Shown in pieces: positions 38,859 to 51,396 of a DNA stretch of 64,000 nucleotides (position 1 is the first letter of the stretch; every line of letters starts with the position of its first letter). The stretch covers positions 5,084,001-5,148,000 of the forward strand of contig NW_024704750.1 of NCBI RefSeq assembly GCF_018977255.1, read 5' to 3'. The stretch is from Callorhinchus milii. Taxonomy: Eukaryota. The translations under genes and the position numbers were made by a program. The notes beneath the pieces were generated by a model. The model made no database searches. It saw only the letters and a program-made list of their open reading frames with translations, and had not been told where the DNA came from.

Positions 38859-40936
38859 TACTCTTTACTCATTGTTTCCTGAGACTGTGAAAGACTGTGA
38901 AACTCCGTAGCTCCCCTCTAATTATTTACCCTGTAATGATTTACAGGTTTTTAAAGCTCAGGCTTGACTTGCTTGGTGCTCAGCATAATGCAAAAAATTA
39001 ATACTCTTTTTGACCCATGTGTTTTGCTGCATTTTTACCTTGGGCCTTCATCTCGATTCTCAACTTAAAAATAATTTAAATTGTAGCTGCCCAGAACATT
39101 TCACTGCATAAAATTAGATTCTCTGAAATGGCGTGATGCAATATTTTATTTAATCTTGCTTTTTTTTAAACAATTAAAGAGTGTTAATCTCAAACCAAAT
39201 TCAGATGCAGGAAAAAGCGAGCTGATAGATCTTGCAAATGAAATTCCTTCCTGTTGTTAATTAATTGGCAATAAAAGGCAGCTGCTTGGTTTATTCTGAA
39301 ATGTCCATTTTCAAATTCTATATTTAGAATGATCCTTACTTAAACAAATGAATTGCCCACATTGACCACATTCTCAGCAGCATAGCACTTTTTAAAAGCA
39401 ATAGCATATCTTGGGCGGTTTCCCTTGATGAGTTTTAGCCAGCTGGCTGTTTTAACAAAGAAGGTAGTTTGTGGCTTTAAAATGCAGATAAACATATGTT
39501 CGTTATATTGATTGTGAGAGACAACTATTGCAGGTCACTGTTAAGGGGATACTGCAGTACAAATGAATTTAGAAAATGTAATGAAACCGTGTTTTTCTGT
39601 TCCGAACTTGGGGCCTACTTTAATTTCAGTTGAGTTTCCAATAAGCTTCAATAAGAAAGTGAGTGTTTTAATTTGATCTAATCCAATCACAGAGGAGTAG
39701 TGACTGCTTTGTTTTGAATGTCAACTAATTCACCTAATTTATGTAAATGTTAATAATTAGTCAGTTTAGTGATTCTCAACTTCAATTATGTACCTGATTG
39801 GAAACTGAAATGGAAATTGAGCTCAGCTGCTTTTGCAGCAAAACTAATTTGTCTTTGGATGCCCAAAACACTGACAGTGTCAACTTATATCAAACATTTT
39901 ATTGTGACAGAAATGAAGTTTGTACTGGTCCCACATTTTTAATATCCTACAAATTACTGCCGAGGACTAGTTGGGCAGTGGGTTAGCACACAGTCCTTTT
40001 ACTTCAGGGGATGGTTTGGAATCTAGTCCAGACTAATGCAATGAAAGTCTTTGGCAGTTGGTAGAGTCCTTAAAGCACTTTTGTACAGTATCAGTTTAGT
40101 TCATTGGGGGTACATGCATAAAAGAAAACTATCCCAAAATTTGCACTAAATGGCAGTCTTACTCAGTAAGGTCATAGGCTGGCTGGTATGGAAAATGGAG
40201 ACCTTTATACTGATAATATTGTAAGAATTGGGAAGGGGAGAGAAATTGTATGAAATAGAGAACAATGGTATTTTATGAAAGGCTCTGAAACACGATTTAT
40301 GAAACATTCTTAAGTTTGTTTGAATAGCTAATAAATAGTCTCCCCTGCCCCAAAAGGCATAGACTCAGCTCAACAAGTCCATCATGTAACCGGATAAGAT
40401 TCTCAATTCTCTTGACCTAATGGAAATTTTGACAAAGCTTCACAATTGCTTTATTCCTCAACAAACACCCCACTAATTGTAACAGCACCAACAATTCAAT
40501 ATGCCAATTTATTTGCCTGCAAGTAGCATATGATGACTGACCTCATAAAGTATGCATATATATATATTACCAATTAAAAATATATATAAATTGGGAGAGG
40601 GTGGAACAATAATAAATTATTAGTAAATATTATGATTTGAAATCCGATTTAGCTTAAAATAATAATAATGATTTACAAAATCTATGATTGCGGTAACAAA
40701 ATGCAACAGAATCTGGATAAAGTAGGAAGGAATTAATCTGAAAGCTAATCTCTTGAGTTTAACATACATTTGATCACCACAATCCAACTTGCCCACTTTT
40801 TTAAAAAATAGATTACACACCGCATTTAGTTATTGAATTTTTTAAATAACTACATTGTGAAATAGTCTTGTACATATAAAGAAGATGGATATTTGATCTT
40901 TCAGAGCATGTGACGTTGCTTTTTATGTGTACACAG

Positions 40937-41044
40937 GCACAACTTCATGAAGACAAAATGAGGAATCTTGAACATGAGGTCATTACTCTAAATAACCATC
41001 TAATGGAAGCCAAGATAACTATTGATAAATTAACAGAGCAAAAC
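40937..41044 (+). CDS. BEGAIN: BEGAIN exon
   Basis: 108 bp, AG/GT flanked, AQLHEDKMRNLEHEVITLNNHLMEAKITIDKLTEQN. Confidence 0.93.
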
Positions 41045-41549
41045 GTGAGTAACAATTTCTAAAACGCAAGCGCTTTTGGTCTCAAAAAAATAGCACAAAC
41101 ATTGCATCAAATATCTGATAACTGCTGAAAAAAAACAATCTGGTAAACTTGGCCCCACATTTTTGATCCAGCATTTATACCTGCGTGATGTACTCATGTA
41201 GCCATACATGTAACTCAACATTCTTCACCATCAAACTCGAGAGAAATTCTGAATGCCTGATACTATTAATGTAACTCAACAGTGAAATACAACTTACAAA
41301 ACATACAGTGAATATAATACACATCAGTAAAGTGAAAAGCTGGAACTAAGATAATACTGTATTTCAATGATTAATTCAAAAGGAATTTCACTGAATTAAG
41401 TTAAATCTTTTATGCAGTTACGCATCGAATGGATTCTGACGGTTCTCTTCAGTTAGAAATAAAATTGTTAGACTGTACACAATAACTGCAGCATTTTTTG
41501 TCTCCTTTCTGATGTTAAAATGTTATTTCCTTCAATTATTTTTTTCCAG

Positions 41550-41633
41550 GAACTCTATAGGAAAGATCGAAATTTGGCAGCTCAACTGTTACAGTGTGAC
41601 AAGCCTCCTTACAGGACACATAGGCCTTCAGAG
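41550..41633 (+). CDS. BEGAIN: BEGAIN exon
   Basis: 84 bp, AG/GT flanked, ELYRKDRNLAAQLLQCDKPPYRTHRPSE. Confidence 0.93.
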
Positions 41634-42507
41634 GTTACTTCAATTACATCTAGTTTTGTTTTATTGCCATATTTATTTTAGGAAGTCATAAATATTTAGT
41701 TTGTTTTCCTTAAAGTCACTGTTAACGTGAATGTCTGCAAATCTTAAAACTAGGAGTGTATAACCAGCATTTATGCACATTTTGTAGCTTCTATTTTTTC
41801 TGTAGAAATTCACATTTCATTTTAATTAAAGTACATCACCTAATTATTGTTTTTCTCACATGGCTTTAAATCACTGATTAGTAAGTTTTATTCACGATGT
41901 GAGCACTACCATTTCTTAAATAGTAAAGAGATTAAAAAATCTTCACCTTTGATTTCAGCAACTGACTTGAATCATTTCCCTTTTGTCTAATTTTGATAAC
42001 TACACCACTGGAAATGATAATTGATTAATCAGTGTAACAACCCGAAACAGAAGCTTTACAAAGAGGTTTCTAAATAATTTCATTAAATTTACATGCAGGT
42101 AAAAGAATAGTTCAATGCAGCTGAAAAGCATTAGAAATCCCACCATTGTTATATGGTTTCAGTGAGCTTTAGTACATTCATTTGTTCCTTCAGTCCTACC
42201 AAGAGATCAGAAAGATCATAACCAGCAATGGAAAGCAAGCATTGAATGCTTCAATAAGAAATGCGATGAGTATTAAACACATGTACAATGAACTTAACAA
42301 TAATGATCTTTGTCATGTGTAGATTCATGACTTTGCTTTGTCTTTGCTAAATGAAACCAAGTGTTTTGCAGCACATATATACATACAGTACTTACTCACT
42401 GAAGTAATCTGAAGTGACTTGCTCAATTTGTAATTTGTTAAAATACCATTTTTAAAAGTGTGATTTTTAGTACAGTTTAAAAAAACATATACAATCAATA
42501 AAATTGT

Positions 42508-42831
42508 GGAGTCCTGTAGCTCAGTGGTTAGAGCACTCGCTTTGCAAGTGAGAGACCTGAGTTCAATTCCAGGCAGAGGGCGAAACCTTGGGCAAGTTTC
42601 CTTACTCCACACAGAGCCTAATAATAATCCCTCCAAAACCAAAACAATAATAAATTGGTCATTTTCAATCTACGACTGTTTGTGGGACATTGCTGTGCGC
42701 AATTGGCTGCCGCGTTCGCCCACAAATATACAGTCAATTCACTTTACAGTGTGTTCTGTGAAGCGCTTTGGGACGTCCTCCCGACGTGAAAAGCGCTATA
42801 TCAAATGCAAGGATTATTATTATTATTATTA
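42508..42831 (+). mobile_element. Full-length young tRNA-derived SINE in the last BEGAIN intron
   Basis: Near-identical to 21153-21467; (TTA)n tail. Confidence 0.9.
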
Positions 42832-43115
42832 TAAAGACCTAGGTTTCTGAGATTAAAATATAAAACGTAGTCTGAACATATGAAACTGTTCACCAAACAC
42901 TATCAAACTACCATGCAGTAAACTGTGAAACAAAGGACTATTGTAATTACTTTGCTGCTCAGAAATGGCTGGAAATATTGATTCTGTTGCAATGACTCAA
43001 GTGTTAAGTGGACATCAAATTCCATCGAGCCATTGATGTGATGTGTTCTGTTTTCATCATTTGTGTTTAACTAAAGTTTGGGGCAATGTTTGACCTTGTA
43101 TCTTATTAACCACAG

Positions 43116-44402
43116 AATCCAACAGAATTTCAAGAGAGAGTTTGTCTTCACGTGGAAAAGCCTGAACCAACTAGTCCACCAAGTTCTCCTGTTGGGCCCT
43201 CACTCACACAAGATGCTAGCAGTATGCGTAACAATTTGGTGAATGTGGACAAATTTGGCCAAAGGTTTCCATACAAGGCTGATTTATATTGCAGTGACAC
43301 AGCTCTTTATTGTCCCGAAGAACGAAAGACAGACAGGAGACAAAGTTTTGATGTGCAAACGAAAGCTGTTGAGTTTTTCCGAACACAAAGCCTCACGGAT
43401 GGTTGTGGAGACATCGACAGTCTGCAAGCAAGTCTTTCAAGTGAACATCTTGCCGATAAGACCCCTTCATTAGCTCCCACCACCTACCCAGGCTGCAATG
43501 TGGTAGCAGAGGAGAAAGGACCCATACAAACTGAAACCATCTCGACTTCTACCATTAGTTTGAGGGATATTCATGACAGAAAGTTCCATGTTTCACAAAA
43601 TCAAGGTAACTACAATTCTAGTTTTGTTCAGGGAAGACCAACACAACAATTCACAGAGATGGCACATGCTCACCAGAATGGGTCCCATTCAAAAACTATT
43701 CCGACACGCTTCAGTAATCCACTGCCAGCCTCTAGGATGAGCTCCCCGCATGGAGGCATCCCAAAGCTGTACAATGAACGAAGAAATATGCCAATTCCAG
43801 AAAAAGATGTAATAGGCCATTGGAGGCAAACAAGAATGCAGGATTCAACCACCGCTTCACACAGGGTTCCTGGAATAATTTCAGCTTGCAGCCATAAAGA
43901 TCAGCTCTTCCGAGGATGTCCAGTGAAGCCAGTGGATGATGGGACAAACCATTTCTTCACTGCTTCTTATCGAGATTACTTTCCTGACGGAGAGGATTCA
44001 TTTCAAACCAGGTTTACAGAATCGGGCTTTGGAGCCAATGACTGTCAATCCAGTTCAGAAACCGATGACAATAATGATCAGAATTATGACAAATTTGCTA
44101 TTTGCAAGCAACGTGATGCCAGAGGAGACCCTAAAGTCTTCATCAATAAAAACAGCACAAATCAAACCTGCGTGCAAAATGCAGAATACCTCAGAAAGGT
44201 ACTAAAAGAATATGTTCATGTTGGTGCAAATAGTTCAGGAGAGTATGTACACCATCCCAAAGTGCAAGCTTTAGAGCTCCATCATCTATCCTTAGATGCA
44301 ACTGATTTTAATAGCAAAGTTGGATCAGTATTGAAGCTGGGTGGTCTAAACAGGAAAGACAGTCTCACAAAGGCTCAATTATATGGAAACCTGCTCAATT
44401 AA
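43116..44402 (+). CDS. BEGAIN: BEGAIN last coding exon
   Basis: Acceptor cacAG at 43114-43115; NPTEFQERVCLHVEK...PYKADLYCSDTALYCPEER...GLNRKDSLTKAQLYGNLLN*; both motifs are BEGAIN hallmarks. Confidence 0.95.
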   Translation, partial: NPTEFQERVCLHVEKPEPTSPPSSPVGPSLTQDASSMRNNLVNVDKFGQRFPYKADLYCSDTALYCPEERKTDRRQSFDVQTKAVEFFRTQSLTDGCGDIDSLQASLSSEHLADKTPSLAPTTYPGCNVVAEEKGPIQTETISTSTISLRDIHDRKFHVSQNQGNYNSSFVQGRPTQQFTEMAHAHQNGSHSKTIPTRFSNPLPASRMSSPHGGIPKLYNERRNMPIPEKDVIGHWRQTRMQDSTTASHRVPGIISACSHKDQLFRGCPVKPVDDGTNHFFTASYRDYFPDGEDSFQTRFTESGFGANDCQSSSETDDNNDQNYDKFAICKQRDARGDPKVFINKNSTNQTCVQNAEYLRKVLKEYVHVGANSSGEYVHHPKVQALELHHLSLDATDFNSKVGSVLKLGGLNRKDSLTKAQLYGNLLN

Positions 44403-44747
44403 CAACAAATGTGCAGTAAAAATTATACACTGCCCTGATGTTTAAAGTCATGGATTACATACTTCACCATAAAAATGACCTCCTTCTGTCCATCCCCTTA
44501 GTATAATACTATATAATTAATGTTAGAAAACTCCATAAACATTTAATTGGAGGTACAGACACTAAGAAGAAACTCTGGTGGATTTCTGTTAAGCAACAGA
44601 ATTTCTGTTACAGCAACCAACAATGCTTAAATTATGTGATGAATTTGTCATTCTAAACTGTAGTCGATTTTGCTTTAATTTTTTCAATATCTCCCAGAAT
44701 ATATATGAACAAAAGTAGCTCTATAGTCTAGATAATGTACTTTACGA

Positions 44748-44773
44748 AATAAAAAATACAAACGTGTAATAAA
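44748..44773 (+). terminator. Candidate BEGAIN polyadenylation signals (AATAAA at 44748 and 44768)
   Basis: Clustered AATAAA hexamers about 350 bp after the stop codon. Confidence 0.5.
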
Positions 44774-45989
44774 TGTGGTTACTTAGATCTATTTAAATAA
44801 ACATTATTTCTTTGACTTTTACAAATCCCTAGTTGCACAATAGTTGCATAGTTATAGATAAAATGATTTTTAAAGGCAATGATTCCATTGGGTTGAGTTT
44901 CTGTATCCTTGTCGTAAATCCTGATGCATTTCGAAAGAACCAGACAAATTACATTGTGGAAATTGAAAATAACAGGAACTCACAACACCAAGAAGTTTGG
45001 ATCCAAAAGAAGTCAACCAAGTTGCCTTACTTTTCGCTTACTTTGAACTATTGCTAGATTATAGGAGAAAGTGCCTTCTTCTTGAATTTCTGAAACAAGT
45101 TAGGGATCAGAAAAATCAAAGGAAATGAGTACAGAAAATCTGGCTGCACCAAAAAGGCAGATTGTCCAGGCTTCTGAGTGAAAAGACATCACAAGTCCTA
45201 GAGCAAAATCAAGGGAGTTGACTATTGCCCAACCTGGTTATGTGTAATACTCAACAGGTTAAGTCAGGTCCATGGTCTTTTCAACTATAGGAAGCAAATT
45301 AATTACTATTGATATCCAATACTTTGCCAGGAAATTGCTTCCAGGAATATATGCTTTGTGAACTTAATTGTATCTACACTTGTATGTTGTTCCAGCTTGT
45401 TCAAGTCATACTGAATGTAGCCTGTCAGATCACTGTGGTGTTCCTGTGTTTTTTTTGCTTTTCTTTGCTTTTTTTCCCCTTGGTTCAAGTTTTTTTGATA
45501 AGAACCTGATTGATGTTTTTCTGCTGTTTCTCTCACTCTCTGAGAACCTTTATTCTTGAACACTGCTCAATACCACTTATTGAATAGGAACTCAATGCAA
45601 CTGCACTCTTCGCTTATTGATGTTCAAGGTACAGGGAGCAATGAAAGTAAATGGTTTCAGACAAATCCAAGGAGAAACTACACTGTATGCCAAATTAAAA
45701 TATTAGATGATTATCTTCACATTGTGATTTCAGTTTTTTCATTATAACAGGTATATTTAAGCTACGTCTGATTTTTTACTATTTTAGAATGAAAAAACTC
45801 GGTCAGCCGGGTGTCTGACACATCACCATTCTAAGAGTATTCGACCCATACAGAGTTATGAACATGAATTGGAAATTTGATAAATGTGGTTGAAATGTGT
45901 TTTGGATTGACATGAATACACTCATAATTAATATTATTAGGCCATTATTGATTATTAATTATTATTAGTAAGTAATCTTATTTTCTAAT

Positions 45990-46268
45990 CTCGCCTCACA
46001 AGCAAGAGACCCGGGTTCAATTCCTAGCAGGGCAAAACCTTGGGCAAATTCTCTTACTCCACACGCCTGAAAACAATACCTCGAAAAAAAAAAAATTTGG
46101 TCACTTCAATCCACAACTGTTTATGGGACACTGCTGTGCGTAATTATCTGACGCGTTTCGCCCACAAAATGTACAGGCAGTTCACTTTACAGTATATTCT
46201 GTGAAGCGCTTTGAGACATCTAGAAGACATGAAAAGTGCTTTATCAAGTGCAAGGAAGGAAGGATTAT
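45990..46268 (+). mobile_element. 5'-truncated tRNA-derived SINE between the BEGAIN and WDR25 3' ends
   Basis: gggttcaattcc B box, same body and tail as the 21153 copy. Confidence 0.8.
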
Positions 46269-46440
46269 CCTTGACTACGGTGCAGCACATTCTAAATATT
46301 ATGAAGAAACTTCAGAACTCAAACAACTAATTGCAACTAAACACAAACACTCATACACTACATTCAGAATATCGACCAACTAAATTAAAAGGTATAAAAA
46401 TACTTTTTAAAAAATTCTCTCATTCGACTGAAAATTTGGA

Positions 46441-46446
46441 TTTATT
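46441..46446 (-). terminator. Candidate WDR25 polyadenylation signal
   Basis: tttatt on + strand about 170 bp after the WDR25 stop codon. Confidence 0.45.
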
Positions 46447-46613
46447 AAATTTTAGGAAAGAGGACAATATCAAACACTTTCTCAAAAGAGATGCACATTT
46501 ACTTTGAAACAACGCATTCCTTTTTTAGATAAGGTACTATGAAGGGGCCGAATAATGACTGGTGATACTTACTTGTGACTTAAATTCTTATTCGCAATAT
46601 GTGGAGTTAGGAA

Positions 46614-46835
46614 TTAGTCCCAAACCTTGATTTCTCCACTCCAGTCACAAGTTGCAATAATAGAAGGGTGTACGGGGTGAAAGGAAACATCAACACAGGC
46701 CTGTCCATGGGCAGGTAAAGTACGGATTAGTTTTGAATTCAGGTAGTTGTAAAAATAAACTGTCCCATCCGCACTTCCTGTAGCAATTAGGGTCCCATCA
46801 GGTGAAAATTCACAGCCCACTGCATAGCCTTCCAC
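46614..46835 (-). CDS. WDR25: WDR25 last coding exon
   Basis: VEGYAVGCEFSPDGTLIATGSADG...SFHPVHPSIIATCDWSGEIKVWD*; WD40 repeats; acceptor at 46837-46836. Confidence 0.94.
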   Translation of the reverse strand: MEGYAVGCEFSPDGTLIATGSADGTVYFYNYLNSKLIRTLPAHGQACVDVSFHPVHPSIIATCDWSGEIKVWD

Positions 46836-46929
46836 CTGTAACATAGGGAGAAAGTTCATGAAGCCTCAGCAGTGATCATTCAAGAAATAAAATATATGGA
46901 TTTCTTCATATGTTGCTGTGGTGGATACC

Positions 46930-47232
46930 AACACCACCAAACTACATTTGTACAGCTCCTTTCATGTCAGAAGGATATTTCAAGGCGCTGGTCAGTTAAG
47001 GGTTTGCACCCGAGTTGGGGATTGGAATCAAGAGGAGTGGAGGGTAAGGGTGGCTGGGAGTAGGAGGGAGGCCGAAGGCACGTTCAAAGAGGAAGATCTT
47101 GGATAGGCCTTGAAAGAGACAGTGAGGTGGCGAGGTGGGGTGGAGGGACTCTGGGATGGAGTTCCAGAGGGTGGAGGCAGAAAACTGAAGGCCCGACAGC
47201 CAATGGTGGGGTGGGCAGGGCGGGGACATGTG
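46930..47232 (-). mobile_element. L2-clade LINE 3' fragment (older); further remnants near 37750-37858, 47880-48035, 57150-57380
   Basis: gggatggagttccagagggtgg core and degenerate tail. Confidence 0.78.
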
Positions 47233-49126
47233 GAATTTAACCACATCGCTGAGTGGTGATATAAATATTAAAGAGGGTAGCAAATCTTTACATTTCATCT
47301 GAATGCTGCAACATACAAAATTTGTTAAATCTAAACATATCTAAGCAACTATTTAGAAACAAGAAAGAGCAAAGCCCAGAAGAGCAAAGCTCTCCATCAC
47401 TCCAGCACTGAGGCCTCAGCTAGCAGAGTTGCCGAGTTCTTGCATGAATGCTGGCTGAGTGCTGTGCAGAGGTGAGGCACTGAATCTCTGAGGTTCACGA
47501 CCCAGACCATCAAACATGGATAAATTACTCTGCTGTGGAACTGCTTCCTAAACCAGTTGTTCTCATGCAGAATGGGGATTTGCACAGAATAAAATCAAAT
47601 TGCCTTGTTTCAGCTTCATCGTTTAACATTTTTGGCTCAAACCGTCCTATTCCTTTAACAAAATTAGAGATAAATGTTGAGTGCATACCACATTGCTTCA
47701 GGTCTGTTTTTGATTTCATGCTATTATTGTTTTGGATCAGTAACCTGCCCTGGATGCCTTGTCTATGGGACTACTGGATTTAGCGTGTGGGAATGCACCC
47801 GTATTTTCTAGTGATTTAAAGAAACTGACAAGCAAGGCTTCACGATTATATCATCATTTTCATGGTATGAGGGACGTACAGCAGACCCGTGCAGCTGAGC
47901 GAAGGCGGCAAGTAGAGGAATGGGATATGAACAGATCCGAGAGGTACAGAGGTGCCAGAGCGTCAAGAGATTTGAAAATGAGAGCGAGGATCTTGAAATC
48001 AATCCGTTCTGCAACAAGGAGCCAGTGGAGCCTGACAAGAACTAATTAACATTATTAACACCTGCTGCCTGGATTGAACAATTGCCAATCTATTATGCCA
48101 ATAATTGAATTTTTTATTGTTCAAAGGACGAACATACACAAAAATTGAACATTCTCACCCCTCACCACAAACAGCAGAGGAAAAAAAGGATAACATTGTT
48201 TCCTGTTGATTTTGCTGCCTATTTGACCTCATGTCAGAACAGATGTATGATGGATACTTGATGTGGGAGGCCAGGAGTGAAATCAATGTTGACAATATAC
48301 ACATCAAGGTTAGATCTGCTTGAGATCCCAAAACTTGATTTTACAGCACATTAGGTTTTAAAGGCTAAACTGATTACAGAGGTCATTAATACTGTAAATA
48401 TTTATCATTTCAACATCTCAATTTTGATGAAAGGATTAATGTTTATCACAATAAGAGATCTTATCTGAAGCACTGAAGTAGCTGGATTTATGACTCTAAG
48501 AATTAAATGAAAATGGATCTAACAGTTAATGAGAATTAAGATCACATTATCACCTCAGAGTTTTGAAACACAGAATGCAGCTACAGGATTATTACTTGAT
48601 ATGGGAACCTCTTGGGGAGGGATGTAAGAGGTGTTAGGAGCTTTGATACACAGCTATTATCTGGGCTATTTTCCTTTGAGTGTCAATGATTAAAATAAGG
48701 ATTATCTACTGCCTGTAGAAAAGACTGAATATGCTGTGCCATGGAGTGGCAGGATTTGGGTTTATATTGTGATCCTCACACAGGCACATGCACTGCTTTG
48801 GGAAGTGTTGAGTGAAGGCTAGGTACTCCCTTGGAGAAGCAGAGGGAGTGGTCCTGAGGTTGCCATTGTACCTAACACCCAGCAGCCAGTTTCAGGGCAG
48901 CATCTTAATAAATGGAACATTAACTTTGTCGATTAGGCAGCTTTACCTGGAGTCTATGTTATGGGAGGTTAAGTTACATGGTTTATGATTGCGTGGCATG
49001 GTGCTGAACCCAACTTCACTACGTGAGAAAATATCCACAGATTGGTCAAATGGAAAGCTGCAGGAAACATTCTTTAAACCGCGGAGCGCTGCAGATTTAA
49101 TACACAACCATTAAGTAAAAATGTAC

Positions 49127-49267
49127 CTTATGCCCATCATATCGTTTTCTTTTATTCATCCTGTATGGTCGCTGAGTAGAAAAAAGCACCATATAGCTGC
49201 CATTGGTCTGCGCAACAAAAACAGCTTCTTTTGGATGGACAGCCATACACGGGATGGTGTATCTTTC
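49127..49267 (-). CDS. WDR25: WDR25 exon
   Basis: 141 bp, AG/GT flanked, [47 protein letters not shown]. Confidence 0.93.
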
Positions 49268-50273
49268 CTATGAGGGAATGGGATGGAGAATGAGTTTCAA
49301 TGTTACACTTATTTAATATTTAACAGTATTTAAAACAACCCCATAAAATTGCCAATTACTGCAAATCAATAGGAGGTAGAAACTGTTGGCTCAGGGTGTT
49401 TTAGCTAAAAAATAATGGTCAGTCCCTTTCTGTTCTGTTTTCCTTAGAATAGAAAGAGAAATAGTAGATTTGTCCTTTATTCTAAGACAACACGGGCAAT
49501 TACTGCCTCCCCCTTAAACATACCATATGTCTTTAATACAGCTGTAAATCTCTAGCCTCCAATCGTTTTGCTTTTGGGAGGAAAGGAATCCTGATTTTTA
49601 ATTAAATCATTGTGCCTAATCCGTTTGTCCACAAATACACAAAAAAATCCCATGACGTGTTTTGGGATGTCCCCACGATGCGAAAGGTGCTATGGCAAAT
49701 GCAAGGATTATTATTATAATCCAGTAAAACATACGATTAATACTGATAATAAAAAGGACACCATTAATTTTCTTCTCAGTAAATAACCTTGAGGTTTCTT
49801 TGTGGCTGTCAGAATCTGAATTGTTTATGAATTTTCTGGAAAACATTTCTACTATAGATCTTTAATGTTAAATTTTTTTTAATGTCATGTGCTAACAATC
49901 TGTACAAATATTTATATTTAGTAAAGACCTGTTTACATATTCTGACACTAATTCATGCGTGGCTGAAAACTGGATTGTTAGCATTGCCAGTGCTACAGGC
50001 AGAATCACAAGTAATGTACTGACAATTTACTGTAACAGTGTTACATGGATTATACCACAGGAGCGAGATCAACCTCCAGCTCGTTTCTTCTCATTATTTA
50101 GTTGAATGAACGGCAGTGGCTGAGAAGCTTCAGTGCTGGTTATGTTTCTGCACTCCAGCATCCTGTGTGTAGTCCAACATAAAATAAAATTGCTCGGGTC
50201 AATGGGCACCAAAAGATTGCACTGTATGGGATAACTTTGATGAAGAAAGAAATAGGAACCCTGTTGACCTTAC

Positions 50274-50444
50274 GTGAAAAATCTGATTGGAGATTTTTGC
50301 AGATGTCTGGAAATCCCAAGCAATAACGGTTCGGTCCGCTGAGTCTCTGCTGGCTGCATCTGTGCTGGTAAGAAATTCTTTTCCGCCCGGAAGGAAAAGG
50401 ATGTCAAGTGTTTGCTGTATTCCAGCACTGTATTCACTTACTAC
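50274..50444 (-). CDS. WDR25: WDR25 exon
   Basis: 171 bp, AG/GT flanked, [57 protein letters not shown]. Confidence 0.93.
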
Positions 50445-50874
50445 CTGGAATAAAAGGGTTAATAAAGATTAACTGCAAACAACAGCAGAACCAGGAACAG
50501 GAAGAGGGGTTATTCAGCACATCAAACCTGTTTCACAGTTTATTTGATTTTGGTAGATCTTTTAATCATAATGCCCTAACTTTTCTCCATACCTCTTAAT
50601 ACCTCTGCTACCCAAGTTATCTGTCTATCTCTCTATGAAATCCTATCAATTCTGCCTCTTCAGTTATCTGGGGCAGAGCATTCCTATATTTTAACAACCC
50701 TCGGTGTGAGAAATGCTTCCTGACCTCAATTCTACTTGCTATAATTCTAATTTTAAGGTTATGTGTACACACAAAGCTCTCAGGGATGTGCGTCCTGACC
50801 TGTGGATGTGACTGTCTTAGCTGTTGCCAAGTTACTTTGGATGAAATTGTGCAAGTCATAATGTGTTCCTCTAC

Positions 50875-51005
50875 CTTGCAATTTCTTGTATCCCATGCTT
50901 TCACAGTTGAGCTGAATCCTCCAGACAGAAAGATGCTTTGGTTCACAGGATTGAATGCCAGGCAGGTGATTTGACATTCATTACGAAGACTGACAATTTG
51001 TTTTC
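50875..51005 (-). CDS. WDR25: WDR25 exon
   Basis: 131 bp, AG/GT flanked, (G)KQIVSLRNECQITCLAFNPVNQSIFLSGGFSSTVKAWDTRNCK. Confidence 0.92.
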
Positions 51006-51208
51006 CTGTGTTGGTAGAAATAAAGCTTTACTACAAAGTAAGGACTTTTTTTTAAAGACGGTTTGTTGTCCAATGTCCCACTTTCATCATTTTGAAAATA
51101 TACTGATCACAAAATTAAATGTTTAGGTTAAAGAAAAGATTAATTTTAAATGGGTTTGTGGCTTCCTCAACAGGCCGTTTAATAAATGCACCAGAAGGCA
51201 TGATATTC

Positions 51209-51396
51209 CAGGGTGGTCCAACCAGCAGCTGCAACCGGCCCGCCTCTCTCTGTTTCATCGAGCCCACTTGCTCCCTCCGTTACCTGTAAATGTTATGTTT
51301 CTGGAAGGGAAACCCAAAAATATTGCTTATTCGACCTGTGGAAATTTCTCAAGTAGGGCATCCGGCCCTCAGCAGCCAAAAGGTTGGACCACCAAA
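51209..51396. mobile_element. Short non-autonomous DNA transposon (MITE, hAT/Charlie-like) in a WDR25 intron
   Basis: 12-bp inverted repeats ggtggtccaacc (51212-51223) and ggttggaccacc (51382-51393); CAGGG start; subterminal ccggccc motifs. Confidence 0.6.

Noticed and set aside
43152-44402. Stand-alone 416-aa gene starting at GTG
   Set aside because: It is the last BEGAIN exon; the acceptor lies at 43114-43115.
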